DNA of 64,000 bases, from contig PLZJ01000002.1 of NCBI GenBank assembly GCA_003152105.1, forward strand, positions 236,257-300,256, read 5' to 3'. Below are positions 40,241 to 50,487 of the stretch, one piece after another (positions within the stretch are counted from its first letter, which is position 1; each line of letters starts with the position of its first letter). Origin of the DNA: Candidatus Levyibacteriota bacterium. Its GTDB lineage: Bacteria; Patescibacteriota; Microgenomatia; Levybacterales; UBA12049. The notes under the pieces were generated by a model, which was given only the letters and a program-made list of their open reading frames with translations, made no database searches and was not told where the DNA came from. The position numbers were made by a program, and so were the translations under genes.

Positions 40241-41734
40241 TTATACCTTTTCTGTTACCTTATATTCCATTCGTTTACCAAACATTAATTTTGTATGTGA
40301 AATCATTGCAGGGACTGTTGCTAGAAAAAATCCCACTATTGGAAGAAGAAAAAATTCAAGGGGAAATAAAAACTGTCTAGTTTTTGAAACATGCGATTCT
40401 CTAGGTCTCATTCTATAATCAATTATAATCATGCAAAGAATAGCAAAAAGGGTTGTGGTAAGTATTGTTCTTGCAATATCAGGAAGAGTGTTCCCGAGTG
40501 AAGTTCTTGTAAAAATAGGATTTACAAAAGGCATGATATTGGCTGCAACTGTGATAATAAACCAATTGACAGGCCAAAGAAAATGATCAAGTAAGACGTT
40601 AAATAAAAGCCATGTTTTTCTAAAAAATGGCACACCAGGAACTGTTAGCCACCACTTAATAAAAAGAGGGTCATCTGAAACTCCCCAAGACCATCGCATT
40701 TCTTGGTTATATCTATTTTTAAGACTTTTGATATAAGTTGATGATTGCGCAGCATCCATAGAAGTTTTTAGGAAAATTGGCTCAACCCAAGCATTGCCTT
40801 TTAACACAAAAAAGGCTTTAAAGAAAATTCGATAATCCTCTGGTACTACATCAGTATCCCAATACCCTATTTCATGTAACATTTTAAATGTTAATGAATA
40901 GGTTGAATTAGATACTAATCTGTCTGGTTGTACGAGTAATGCTGCCCTGTGTAGGCTATTAAAAAATGACATTACACGAATAGGAGCGGGTACATCCCAG
41001 AAATTGTTGTAATGTACATTTGCTGATTGCCAAAATTTACTATATCGTTTTGGATCTCTTAAAAAGGAATAAGTTAAATAAGAAAAATAATTTTTATCAA
41101 ATAATGAATCTGCATCTACTGAGGAAATTGTTGCGTAATTAATATCAATTAAACCTGTTTCAACTAACTTACTGTAAGCAAATTTGCCTCCAAATGCTTC
41201 ATTTGATGATTTTCCAACCACTTCACCGGGAATTCTTGGATGAAAGGAAGCGAGTACTGAACCGAACCTATCACCAAATTCTTTTATTAGAATACTAGCT
41301 TTTTCTTTTGAGTCAACAGCTCTTTCTTCCATTGCAAGAACAATATGAATTTTTTTAAGAGGAAGTGTTTGATAAGTTAATACATGGAGCGTTTTCCTGA
41401 TTTTTTCAACTGATTCGTTGTAATTTGGAATTATTACTACATGAGTTGTTTTCTCAAAATTTTCCAATTTTTCTGCCTTTGAAAGCCAGTCAGTCTTTTC
41501 AGCTGCTCGAATACGCTTTAAAGCAATATAGGCTGATACCACAAGTGAAAAAGATTTATAAAACCAATAAACATCGAAAAATAAGATAAAGTAAGCAACA
41601 ACTGCTGGAAATGTTATGGAACCCCAAACCGGAAACGTAATAAGAGCCCACGAAAAAAAACCAGGTACAATTTCAAGCGCGCGGCGTGTTTTGATAGGAT
41701 ATTTTGTAAAAAGCTTTGCAAATGCAAGTGTCAT
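40241..41734 (-). CDS. Membrane GT2 glycosyltransferase with processive-synthase motifs
   Basis: IIPNYNE, GKSSN, DAD, VVPED, QEMRW (QxxRW); flanking TMs. Confidence 0.9.
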   Translation of the reverse strand: MTLAFAKLFTKYPIKTRRALEIVPGFFSWALITFPVWGSITFPAVVAYFILFFDVYWFYKSFSLVVSAYIALKRIRAAEKTDWLSKAEKLENFEKTTHVVIIPNYNESVEKIRKTLHVLTYQTLPLKKIHIVLAMEERAVDSKEKASILIKEFGDRFGSVLASFHPRIPGEVVGKSSNEAFGGKFAYSKLVETGLIDINYATISSVDADSLFDKNYFSYLTYSFLRDPKRYSKFWQSANVHYNNFWDVPAPIRVMSFFNSLHRAALLVQPDRLVSNSTYSLTFKMLHEIGYWDTDVVPEDYRIFFKAFFVLKGNAWVEPIFLKTSMDAAQSSTYIKSLKNRYNQEMRWSWGVSDDPLFIKWWLTVPGVPFFRKTWLLFNVLLDHFLWPVNWFIITVAANIMPFVNPIFTRTSLGNTLPDIARTILTTTLFAILCMIIIDYRMRPRESHVSKTRQFLFPLEFFLLPIVGFFLATVPAMISHTKLMFGKRMEYKVTEKV

Positions 41735-42525
41735 ATATGAAATATCATTCTTACGTTTTCCGTTGTAATACGATTCACGTCTTCAAGGGGTATCTTTTTT
41801 ACCTTCGCTATATGTTCCCCTACAAGTATAACATAAGAGGGTTTATTTCTTGAACCTCTATAGGGTTCAGGAGTTAAAAAGGGACTATCAGTCTCAGTTA
41901 AGATTCTTTCAATTGGCGTAAGTTCTATTAATTCGTTTAGCGTTACAGTTTCACCTGGCGCTAACCCTTTATATGTGCTATTTCCATCAAATCCAATATA
42001 AAATCCTAAGTTTAATGCGTCAAATAAAACTTCTTTTGAACTCGCAAAACAATGAAACATTCCAGGTATTCTTTTCAAGAGCGATCTATGCTTTTTAAGT
42101 ATTGCAATTACATCTTCTCCAGCATGCCTGTTATGAATCTGTATTGGTAAATTTAACGTATGCGCTATATGAATTTGTTTTTCAAATAACACTTTTTGCA
42201 AATTTTTATCTACGATCCCGTTGGACTTATATGCATAATAGTCAAGGCCGATTTCGCCAATTCCTAAAACCTTATCGTGCTTTCCTAGCTCTTTTAGTCT
42301 ATCTTCCCAACCTTTTTCAACTTTATCAGCATGATGAGGATGAATTCCAACAATAGCATAAAGCTGATCATATTTTGCCGCCAGTTCAATTGCTTGTTGA
42401 GAAGAATCTATTTGTGTGCCTACATTTATTATTTCAGTTACTCCGTTTCCTAAGGCTTCTTTTATTACGTTGTCAAAGTCAGAGGTATAAGAGTGGAAAT
42501 TTAAATGACAATGTACGTCAATCAT
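41731..42525 (-). CDS. tatD: TatD-family DNase/hydrolase
   Basis: IDVHCHL, GIHPH, GEIGLDY, IHNR, HCF, ETDSPFL. Confidence 0.95.
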   Translation of the reverse strand: MIDVHCHLNFHSYTSDFDNVIKEALGNGVTEIINVGTQIDSSQQAIELAAKYDQLYAIVGIHPHHADKVEKGWEDRLKELGKHDKVLGIGEIGLDYYAYKSNGIVDKNLQKVLFEKQIHIAHTLNLPIQIHNRHAGEDVIAILKKHRSLLKRIPGMFHCFASSKEVLFDALNLGFYIGFDGNSTYKGLAPGETVTLNELIELTPIERILTETDSPFLTPEPYRGSRNKPSYVILVGEHIAKVKKIPLEDVNRITTENVRMIFHI

Positions 42526-42527
42526 GT

Positions 42528-43964
42528 TTAAGATATTCTTGGAAATAGTGGTTTATCTAGCTTTACTTTTTCATGAAATATAGATAAGATTTTTTCTGAA
42601 GTGTTTGGTAAAAAAGGCGATAAGAGCACCGCAATTTCTTCTATTTGGTCTACTAAATGCGCGAGCACCTCTTTTGATCTATTTGGATTTGATTTTATAA
42701 GACTCCATGGTTGTTCCTTATTAATATACTTATCTGTATCTGCAATTTTATTCCAGACGATTGATAGAGCTTCATTAAATTTAAATTCTTCAATAGCTTT
42801 TGTATATGTATCATTATCAATACTATGCTTTGAATGATCAGTTATATCAAAACTAGCATTTTCGCAGAGTTTTGCAATGCGAGATACTAAATTGCCTAAT
42901 CCATTTGATAAATCGGACGTGTAAATTGATTGTAATTTCTCTTCTGAAAAATCACCATCCGAAAATGGCGAAAATTTTGCTAAAAAATAATAACGTAAAG
43001 CATCGGTACCGTACTTTTGAATAAGTATTTCTGGGTCAATGACATTACCAATAGTTTTGGACATTTTTTTGCCATTTACGGTAAAGTATTCATGAATAAA
43101 GAGTTTTTTAGGTAACGCTAGGTTTGCAGATAACAAAAACGCTGGCCAATAAATTGCATGAAAACGCGCGATTCCTTTACCAATTACATGAATGTCTGCA
43201 GGCCACCATTTTTTATATTCAGCTTGATTCCAACCAAATCCTATACCGCTTTGATATATATTGAGTCCGTCGAACCATACATAAATTCTTTGGGATGCAT
43301 CATTGGGTACCGGAACTCCCCAGTTTTTAGCTCGTTCATTACTCCTTGAAATACTGATATCTTCCAGAGGGTTTTTTAAAAAACTTAACATCTCGTTTTT
43401 TCGGAATTCTGGAACTATTTGATATTTTCCAGAAGAAAGGAGATCGATTAATTGATTTTGATATTTTGATAACCGGAAAAAGTAGTTTTCTTCTTCTACC
43501 TCATCTAATCGTTTACCTGGATGCTCAAAGCATTCTCTATTTTCATCAAGTTCATCCTCGGAATAAAACATTTCACATCCAACACAATAAAGTCCCTTGT
43601 AGGCTTTTTTATAAATATCTCCTGCTTTATTGCATAATTCCCATAATTTTTGCGTTGCAGCATAGTGGTTTTTTTTGTCACTACCTTTTTGCCACACATC
43701 GAATGAAACAGAAAGATGCTTTGAAAGATTGTGGAATAATTCAGTGTTTTTATCTACGAATTCTTGTATTGGGACACCAGCTTTTTCTGCTGCCTGGACA
43801 TTTTTTAATGCGTTTTCATCTCCTCCACTCAGTAGCAATACGTTATCTCCCTGAATTTTTCTGTATCTAGCTATCACATCGCTTTGTACAAATTCAAGCG
43901 CATGACCAATATGGGGTTTGGCATTTACATACGGAATTGCGTTGGTAATATAAAACTTGCTCAT
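42528..43964 (-). CDS. metG: Methionine--tRNA ligase (short form)
   Basis: YVNAKPHIGH, YCVGCE knuckle, YVWFD, HAIYWPA, KMSKT. Confidence 0.97.
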   Translation of the reverse strand: MSKFYITNAIPYVNAKPHIGHALEFVQSDVIARYRKIQGDNVLLLSGGDENALKNVQAAEKAGVPIQEFVDKNTELFHNLSKHLSVSFDVWQKGSDKKNHYAATQKLWELCNKAGDIYKKAYKGLYCVGCEMFYSEDELDENRECFEHPGKRLDEVEEENYFFRLSKYQNQLIDLLSSGKYQIVPEFRKNEMLSFLKNPLEDISISRSNERAKNWGVPVPNDASQRIYVWFDGLNIYQSGIGFGWNQAEYKKWWPADIHVIGKGIARFHAIYWPAFLLSANLALPKKLFIHEYFTVNGKKMSKTIGNVIDPEILIQKYGTDALRYYFLAKFSPFSDGDFSEEKLQSIYTSDLSNGLGNLVSRIAKLCENASFDITDHSKHSIDNDTYTKAIEEFKFNEALSIVWNKIADTDKYINKEQPWSLIKSNPNRSKEVLAHLVDQIEEIAVLLSPFLPNTSEKILSIFHEKVKLDKPLFPRIS

Positions 43965-44003
43965 TTGCTGATTTTAACAGAAGTGCGGAGGCTAAACAAG
44001 CAA

Positions 44004-44330
44004 TTATTTGATAAAAGAGAATTCAATTACCGCGAGTATCATGATGAGTATGAGTAAATAAAAAGGGTGCGTGTAATTAAACAAACGAAGAAGTAAATAG
44101 CCATCACCTAAAATTGCTAACAAAATTCCTCTTCTTTTACCAAGTAGAAAAGACCCAAATGACGTTATAGAAATAAATAAAAGTAGTAGAACAATAGCTA
44201 CGATTGGTATATGCAGTTTATATAGTTGTAGTGTAATTTTAGGAGAAAAAGCAATAGAAATATAGATAAATGACCCTGTTGTCAAAAGAGCAATGAGTAG
44301 CAAGAGGATTTTTTTCGTCAATGCATTCAT
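44004..44330 (-). CDS. Small four-TM membrane protein
   Basis: Hydrophobic, with KRRG..L and LRL motif; ATG at 44330 lies 8 nt after TGtTACACT. Confidence 0.7.
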   Translation of the reverse strand: MNALTKKILLLLIALLTTGSFIYISIAFSPKITLQLYKLHIPIVAIVLLLLFISITSFGSFLLGKRRGILLAILGDGYLLLRLFNYTHPFYLLILIMILAVIEFSFIK

Positions 44331-44413
44331 ATATTGTAAGTGTAACATAGCAAAAATTTATCCTTAGGAAACTATTATGTAATGTAATAACAATATTGGG
44401 CACGATATTCCAC

Positions 44414-44442
44414 TTGACATCAATTGGCAGTCATGATATATT
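44414..44442 (+). promoter_or_regulatory. hrcA operon promoter TTGACA-17-TATATT (extended TG)
   Basis: -35 at 44414-44419, TG at 44434-44435, -10 at 44437-44442. Confidence 0.8.
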
Positions 44443-44450
44443 AGTGCTAA
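44424..44450 (+). promoter_or_regulatory. CIRCE element overlapping the hrcA promoter
   Basis: TTGGCAGTC-ATGATATAT-TAGTGCTAA. Confidence 0.85.
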
Positions 44451-44484
44451 TTCAAACAGATAAAAATAGAATATATAGTCTCTT

Positions 44485-45216
44485 ATGCACGATTTAACAC
44501 AAAGACAGGTAGAAATTTTAAAAAGTTTAATAGAAGAATATATTAATACTGCTGAAGCAGTAGGTTCCGAAACACTTGAGAAAAAATATAACCTTTCAGC
44601 ATCTCCAGCGACAATTAGGAATGAAATGGTTAGATTGACTGAGCTCAATTACTTAAAAAAACCACATACATCAGCAGGCAGAATTCCTACTTCAGAAGGC
44701 ATGAAGTTCTATGTGCAACAGCTAATGCGAGAAAAGGAATTATCTGTTGCTGAAGAGGTTGCCGTAAAGGAAAAAGTATGGGATTCCAGAGATAATATTC
44801 AACGATGCTTACGCGAGGTAACTAAAACATTAGCTGATAAAACTAAAACATTAGCAGTCGCGTCTACAGACGATGGTGAATTAATTATTTCGGGCTATTC
44901 TTATATTTTGGATGCACCCGAATTTTATGATATTAATACAACTAAAATATTGCTTGAAGCAATAGACGAATATAGTTATTTTAGAACTATATTTTCTCAA
45001 TTTTTAGGCGATGCGGAAGTGCATGTTTTGTTAGGTGCAGATTTAGGAGAGCGACTTAAGGGTCCATATGGAGTAGTATTTACCGGTTTTGAAACGCCAA
45101 TGAGACTAAAGGGAGATATTGGAATAATAGGTCCATCTCGACTTAATTTTCCATCGGTGGTACCAATGGTTAGATATTTTGGAGAGTTAATTGAAGAAAT
45201 TGCAAAAGGGTGGTAA
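44485..45216 (+). CDS. hrcA: Heat-inducible transcription repressor HrcA (short form)
   Basis: LTQRQVEILKSLIEEYINTAEAVGS, SPATIRNEM, PHTSAGRIPT, GIIGPSR. Confidence 0.96.
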   Translation: MHDLTQRQVEILKSLIEEYINTAEAVGSETLEKKYNLSASPATIRNEMVRLTELNYLKKPHTSAGRIPTSEGMKFYVQQLMREKELSVAEEVAVKEKVWDSRDNIQRCLREVTKTLADKTKTLAVASTDDGELIISGYSYILDAPEFYDINTTKILLEAIDEYSYFRTIFSQFLGDAEVHVLLGADLGERLKGPYGVVFTGFETPMRLKGDIGIIGPSRLNFPSVVPMVRYFGELIEEIAKGW

Positions 45217-45221
45217 TAACT

Positions 45222-45701
45222 ATGGCTAAAAATACAACGAAAACAAAACAAGAAGATACGGATAATCATCAAAATCAAGCTACGATTGAAGAACTTGATG
45301 CAAAATGTCAAGATTTGGAAGAAAAATATAAGCGTGCTTTAGCGGATTACCAAAACTTAGAAAAAAGAGTCAGGGAAGAAAAAGTACATTGGATTTTGGC
45401 AGCCAATAAAGAGTTAATTCAGAGAATGCTGCCAGTTTTAGACACTTTATTGTTAGCCTCAAAGCATACAGATGATCAAGGAATTAAGATGACAGTTACA
45501 CAATTTATACAAGCATTAGAGAATGAAGGAGCAAAACGAATAAAAACAGAAGGTGCAACATTTGATCCTAATACAATGGAGGCCGTTGAAATAGTTGAAG
45601 GTGAAGATAATAAAGTAATAGAAGAAATTCGTCCTGGATTTGAATTAAACGGGGCAGTAATTAGACCAGCGCAAGTTAAAGTTGGCAAGGTCCAGAATTA
45701 A
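45222..45701 (+). CDS. grpE: Nucleotide exchange factor GrpE
   Basis: RALADYQNLEKR, LPVLD, FDPNTMEAV, GFELNGAVIRPAQVKV. Confidence 0.96.
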   Translation: MAKNTTKTKQEDTDNHQNQATIEELDAKCQDLEEKYKRALADYQNLEKRVREEKVHWILAANKELIQRMLPVLDTLLLASKHTDDQGIKMTVTQFIQALENEGAKRIKTEGATFDPNTMEAVEIVEGEDNKVIEEIRPGFELNGAVIRPAQVKVGKVQN

Positions 45702-45757
45702 TTTAAATTTTGCCTCTTTTCTTGAGAGTAAAATAGGTATAAAATAGGAGATAGATT

Positions 45758-47647
45758 ATGGGAAAAATAATTGGAATAGATTTAGGTACAACAAATTCAT
45801 GCGTTGCAGTAATGGAAGGTGGTTCACCAAAGGTAATTCACTCTGCTGAAGGTAGAAACACAATTCCTTCTGTTGTTGATCCAAAAACTCACGTTGTTGG
45901 AGATATCGCAAAAAGACAACTTGTCTTAAAGCCAAAAGAAACTATTTATTCAATTAAAAGATTAATGGGAAAGAAATTCTCTGATAAATCTGTCCAATTT
46001 GATATGAAATGGCTTCCTTACACGGTAAAAGCAGGTAGAAATGATATGGCAGTTGTTGAAGTAGACGGCAAAACATATACCCCTCAGGAACTTTCTGCAA
46101 TGATTCTCCAAAAAATTAAAAGTGATGCCGAAGCATATCTTGGTAGTAAAGTGACACAGGCTGTTATCACAGTACCTGCGTATTTTGATGACTCTCAAAG
46201 ACAAGCAACAAAACAAGCGGGAGAAATTGCTGGCCTTGAAGTACTTCGAATTATTAATGAACCAACTGCTGCTGCACTTTCGTACGGTCTTGATAAAAAG
46301 AATGCGCATACTGTAGCTGTATATGATTTAGGAGGCGGAACGTTTGATATTTCAGTCTTAGAACTAGGTGAAGGTGTATATGAAGTAAAGTCCACAAATG
46401 GAGATACGCATTTAGGAGGAGATGACTTTGATCAAGCTATTGTAACTTATATTGCGGACGAATTTAAGAAAGAACACAATGTAGATCTTCGTTCCGATCC
46501 ACAAGCGCTCCAAAGATTAAGAGAAGCAGCTGAAAAAGCAAAAATTGAATTATCGTCCGCAGCTGAAGCTCAAATAAATCAACCATTTATTACGGTGACT
46601 CCTAACGGACCATTGCATTTAACAATGACATTAACTCGTTCAAAACTCGAACAAATCGTAGACGATCTAATTCAAAAAACTATTAAACCTCTTCAGTTAG
46701 CAATTAAAGATGCAAAAATAAATGTAAAAGACATCGATGAAATTGTAATGGTAGGTGGAATGACTAGGATGCCAAAGGTTATCGAAACAGTTACTAAATT
46801 CTTTGGCAAAGAACCAAACAAATCAGTTAATCCAGACGAAGTAGTTGCAGTAGGAGCAGCAATACAAGGTGGAGTTCTCGGAGGAGAAGTAAAAGACGTA
46901 TTGCTTTTGGATGTTACCCCTCTTACGCTTGGTATTGAAACTTTAGGAGGCGTTTCTACTCCTCTAATTGAAAGAAATACGACAATTCCTTCTTCAAAGT
47001 CTCAAACATTTTCTACAGCAGCAGATAATCAAACCCAAGTAGAAATTAACGTACTTCAGGGCGAGAGACCTATGGCAGCTGATAATAAAACATTAGGTAG
47101 ATTTATCTTAGATGGTATTCCACCTGCTCCAAGAGGAGTGCCTCAGGTTGAAGTAAGCTTTGATATCGATGCGTCAGGAATATTGCATGTAAAAGCAAAA
47201 GATAAAGCTTCAGGGAAAGAACAATCTATCAAAATTACAGGATCAACTGGCTTGTCTAAAGAAGAAGTAGAAAAGATGCAAAAAGATGCAGAAGCACACG
47301 CACAGGAAGATGAGGAAAAGAAAGGGCAAGTTGAAGCGAGAAATCAAGCAGATTCATTAATATTTACTGCAGAAAAAGCGCTTAAGGATGGAGGAGATAA
47401 GGTGCCTGCTGAAATAAAGTCAGAAGTGGAAGAGAAAATAAAATCAGTAAAAGATATTTTAGCAACTGGCAGTAAGGAAGATTTAGAGTCAAAAACAAAA
47501 GAACTATCTGAATCACTTTCAAAAATAGGACAAGAAGCATATAGTCAAACAGGTCAACCCGAAGAAATAGAAAAAGAGGAAAAAGAAGGAAAAGAGGAGA
47601 CTTCTACTGGTAGTGAGAATGTGCAAGAAGGTGAAGTAGTAGAGTAA
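45758..47647 (+). CDS. dnaK: Chaperone DnaK
   Basis: [30 protein letters not shown]; AGGAG SD upstream. Confidence 0.99.
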   Translation: MGKIIGIDLGTTNSCVAVMEGGSPKVIHSAEGRNTIPSVVDPKTHVVGDIAKRQLVLKPKETIYSIKRLMGKKFSDKSVQFDMKWLPYTVKAGRNDMAVVEVDGKTYTPQELSAMILQKIKSDAEAYLGSKVTQAVITVPAYFDDSQRQATKQAGEIAGLEVLRIINEPTAAALSYGLDKKNAHTVAVYDLGGGTFDISVLELGEGVYEVKSTNGDTHLGGDDFDQAIVTYIADEFKKEHNVDLRSDPQALQRLREAAEKAKIELSSAAEAQINQPFITVTPNGPLHLTMTLTRSKLEQIVDDLIQKTIKPLQLAIKDAKINVKDIDEIVMVGGMTRMPKVIETVTKFFGKEPNKSVNPDEVVAVGAAIQGGVLGGEVKDVLLLDVTPLTLGIETLGGVSTPLIERNTTIPSSKSQTFSTAADNQTQVEINVLQGERPMAADNKTLGRFILDGIPPAPRGVPQVEVSFDIDASGILHVKAKDKASGKEQSIKITGSTGLSKEEVEKMQKDAEAHAQEDEEKKGQVEARNQADSLIFTAEKALKDGGDKVPAEIKSEVEEKIKSVKDILATGSKEDLESKTKELSESLSKIGQEAYSQTGQPEEIEKEEKEGKEETSTGSENVQEGEVVE

Positions 47648-47673
47648 GTCTTAAGTTATTTATGTAATCAAAT

Positions 47674-47694
47674 AAGCGCTATGAGCGCTTTTTT
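47674..47694 (+). terminator. Intrinsic terminator between dnaK and dnaJ
   Basis: AAGCGCT-atg-AGCGCTT followed by TTTT. Confidence 0.75.
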
Positions 47695-47714
47695 AGTATA
47701 CTACACATATATAT

Positions 47715-48602
47715 ATGGCAGCTTCACAAGATTATTATAAAATTTTAGGCGTTACTAAAGGCGCTACTGCTGAGGAAATAAAACGAGCATATCGTAAGCT
47801 GGCTCTTCAATATCATCCTGACAAAAATTCTTCTAAAGAAGCGTCTGAAAAATTCAAAGAAGTAAGTACTGCTTACGAAGTATTGTCTGACACTCAAAAA
47901 CGTCAAACATATGATCAGTTTGGGTCAGCTGCATTTGAGCAAGGAGGAGCTGGACAAGGGCCATTTGGAGGTTTTAATGGTGGCAATAATGCAGGAGGAG
48001 GATATGGGCCATTTACCTACTCCTATTCTACTGGCAACGCAAGTGATTTCGGAGGATTTGCAGATCCTTTTGAAATTTTTGAGCAATTTTTTGGAGGTTC
48101 ACAATTTAACTCTCGAGCAAGACGTCAAATGTATTCAATTACCATACCATTTTTAGAAGCCGTAAATGGTGTTGAAAAGAACGTAAGCATAAATGGTAAA
48201 GATCAAAAGATTAAAATACCAAAAGGTGTGAATAGTGGCTCAAGAATTCGATTCGACAATTTCGATATTGTAGTCGAAGTTATGCCCGACAAACGTTATA
48301 AACGTGAAGGCGACGATGTTATTACTGAGGAAAGCTTAACGTTTTCCCAGGCTGCATTGGGAACTCAGCTTAAAATAGAAACACTTGAAGGAAGCGTAAC
48401 GCTTAGAATTCCACCTGGCACGCAGCCAAGCACTGTTATGCGTTTACGAGGAAAAGGTGTGCCTCATGTTCGTGGAAATGGTAGGGGAGATCATTATGTT
48501 AGGCTTTCTGTAGCAGTTCCTAGAAAAATAACAAGAAAACAAAGAGAGCTGCTCGTAGAATTCGACAAAGAATCATCCTCAGGTTCTTCGCATTGGTTTT
48601 AG
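47715..48602 (+). CDS. dnaJ: DnaJ class B (J-domain, G/F region, C-terminal domain; no zinc finger)
   Basis: [16 protein letters not shown]-rich linker, IPPGTQP, LRGKGVP; no CxxCxGxG repeats. Confidence 0.92.
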   Translation: MAASQDYYKILGVTKGATAEEIKRAYRKLALQYHPDKNSSKEASEKFKEVSTAYEVLSDTQKRQTYDQFGSAAFEQGGAGQGPFGGFNGGNNAGGGYGPFTYSYSTGNASDFGGFADPFEIFEQFFGGSQFNSRARRQMYSITIPFLEAVNGVEKNVSINGKDQKIKIPKGVNSGSRIRFDNFDIVVEVMPDKRYKREGDDVITEESLTFSQAALGTQLKIETLEGSVTLRIPPGTQPSTVMRLRGKGVPHVRGNGRGDHYVRLSVAVPRKITRKQRELLVEFDKESSSGSSHWF

Positions 48603-48641
48603 TATTATTTTAATTAACTCGGAACAATCACAAGTATTAGC

Positions 48642-49271
48642 TTATTTATTTTTTGTTTTATGTAGATAAAATAATAACCCAAAAAAGAGTATAAAGGGAA
48701 GAAATAAAAATAGTCTTAGATAGGTATGCGCATGAAGTAATGCCATTGTTTTTGCTCCTAGATTCAATCCAAGAGATAAATAAATAATTATCCAAAAAAT
48801 AACAGATACAAATGTGCTTGCAATAAAGGTTTTATATGAAACATCTGATATCCCTGAAAATACCGTAACCGGAACTCGAAAACCAGGTATATGTCTGCCA
48901 AAAATGATAGCAAGTATGCCATATTTTCTAAAATGTTTTTCGACTGTTAATAGTTTTTTTTCATCCAAGTGTATGTATTTCCCGAGTGTAAGTATAAGTC
49001 TATTGCCGAAGCGAAAGGATAATCCATATAAAATCGTTGAGCCAATTAGCACCGAAATAAGTATTAGTATAAAAGCAACTTGATAAGATATATTGCCTTG
49101 CGCAACTTGATATCCCGTATATGCAATAATTAAATCTCCAGGTACAGGAAGTGGTATGCCAGCCTCTTCAAGCGCGAGAAGAAGTATAGGAGCAATTACT
49201 TTTTGCGAATTTAAGAAACCAATTAATGCATCCGAGTAGTTGTCTAAGAATGTGGGATCTAGATTTATCAT
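48642..49271 (-). CDS. DedA-family membrane protein
   Basis: EEAGIPLPVPGD, IFGRHIPGFR. Confidence 0.92.
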   Translation of the reverse strand: MINLDPTFLDNYSDALIGFLNSQKVIAPILLLALEEAGIPLPVPGDLIIAYTGYQVAQGNISYQVAFILILISVLIGSTILYGLSFRFGNRLILTLGKYIHLDEKKLLTVEKHFRKYGILAIIFGRHIPGFRVPVTVFSGISDVSYKTFIASTFVSVIFWIIIYLSLGLNLGAKTMALLHAHTYLRLFLFLPFILFFGLLFYLHKTKNK

Positions 49272-49342
49272 ATGCCTTATTATACAGGAAGTGTTTTCCT
49301 GATAAGGATTATTAGTACATATAGTCCGAATGATTTGTACGC

Positions 49343-49371
49343 TTGAACCGCAAGTGTGGTTTTGGTATACT
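49343..49371 (+). promoter_or_regulatory. nusA promoter TTGAAC-17-TATACT, 9 nt before ATG
   Basis: -35 at 49343-49348, -10 at 49366-49371, ATG at 49381. Confidence 0.7.
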
Positions 49372-49380
49372 CTTGCTACT

Positions 49381-50433
49381 ATGCCAGCAGTACAAAGAAG
49401 CGAATTTTCACTTGCACTTAATCAGGTCGCCGCAGAACGCGGAGTTGATGCTGCTGTGGTTTTGGATACTGTTAAAAATGCAATCCTTGCAGCCTACAGA
49501 AAAGATCATCCTGGAATTGAGATTGAAGAATACAGTACTTCTCTCGATAAAAATACAGGTGAGGCTAAAATATTTCATAATGATGCTGATGTAACTCCTC
49601 CGGGATTTGGTCGAATTGCTGCACAGACAGCAAAGCAGGTTATATTGCAAAAAATTCGAGAAAAAGAAAAAGAAGCTATTTTATCTGACTATAAAGTTCG
49701 AATAGGAACAGTAGTGAATGGTATGATTTTGCGATTTGCAGGCCCCAATATCATCGTTGATATAGGAAAGGCAGAAGGAGTTATGCCTCCACAAGAACAA
49801 ATCCAAAATGAGAAATATCACTTAAATCAACGACTCGCTGTACATTTAGTTGAAATCCACGACGGAATAAAAGGAGAGGAGATTATAGTTTCAAGAGCAA
49901 ATAATGGATTGCTTGAAGGACTATTCAAAAGAGAAGTGCCTGAAATTGCACAAGGTTCAGTTATTATTAAGGCAATAGCTCGCGAGGCTGGAAATCGTTC
50001 TAAAATAGCAGTAGTTTCAAATCAAACTGGCATTGATCCTGTTGGAAGCTGTGTAGGACAAAAAGGAGTTCGAGTTCAAGCTGTTATACAAGAATTCGGT
50101 GGTGCGGAAAAAATTGATATTATTCAGTGGCAAGAAAATGCAAAGCAATATATTGCCGCAGCCTTATCTCCGGCAAAGGAGTTAACAGTTGAAGTAAACG
50201 AAAAAGAGAAAGTAGCTACCGTTACGGTTGCAGCTGCAGAATTGCCACTTGCGATTGGAAAAGATGGGCAAAATGTAAGACTTGCTTCAAAGCTAACAGG
50301 CTATCGAATAGAAATTGAGGGTCCAAAAATCGCAGCAGATGATAAACATGAAGAAGTAAAAGAAAGCCCTATTGAACGTAAAGATGAAAATGTATCTCAA
50401 GAGATCACAGATTCAAAAAATGAACATGAGTAG
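49381..50433 (+). CDS. nusA: Transcription factor NusA
   Basis: FGRIAAQTAKQVI, EVPEI, AREAGNRSKIAV, GSCVGQKG, AIGKDGQNVRLAS. Start moved to 49381 because the promoter lies inside the longer ORF. Confidence 0.97.
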   Translation: MPAVQRSEFSLALNQVAAERGVDAAVVLDTVKNAILAAYRKDHPGIEIEEYSTSLDKNTGEAKIFHNDADVTPPGFGRIAAQTAKQVILQKIREKEKEAILSDYKVRIGTVVNGMILRFAGPNIIVDIGKAEGVMPPQEQIQNEKYHLNQRLAVHLVEIHDGIKGEEIIVSRANNGLLEGLFKREVPEIAQGSVIIKAIAREAGNRSKIAVVSNQTGIDPVGSCVGQKGVRVQAVIQEFGGAEKIDIIQWQENAKQYIAAALSPAKELTVEVNEKEKVATVTVAAAELPLAIGKDGQNVRLASKLTGYRIEIEGPKIAADDKHEEVKESPIERKDENVSQEITDSKNEHE

Positions 50434-50487
50434 ATTTATTTTTGATCAGTTCATGGGCATGAAAAACAGAAGAGAAACTTGTAGTAT

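Noticed and set aside
49285-49301. CAGGAA-N5-TTCCTG inverted repeat in the dedA promoter
   Set aside because: Only 6 bp per arm and a single copy; not distinguishable from chance.
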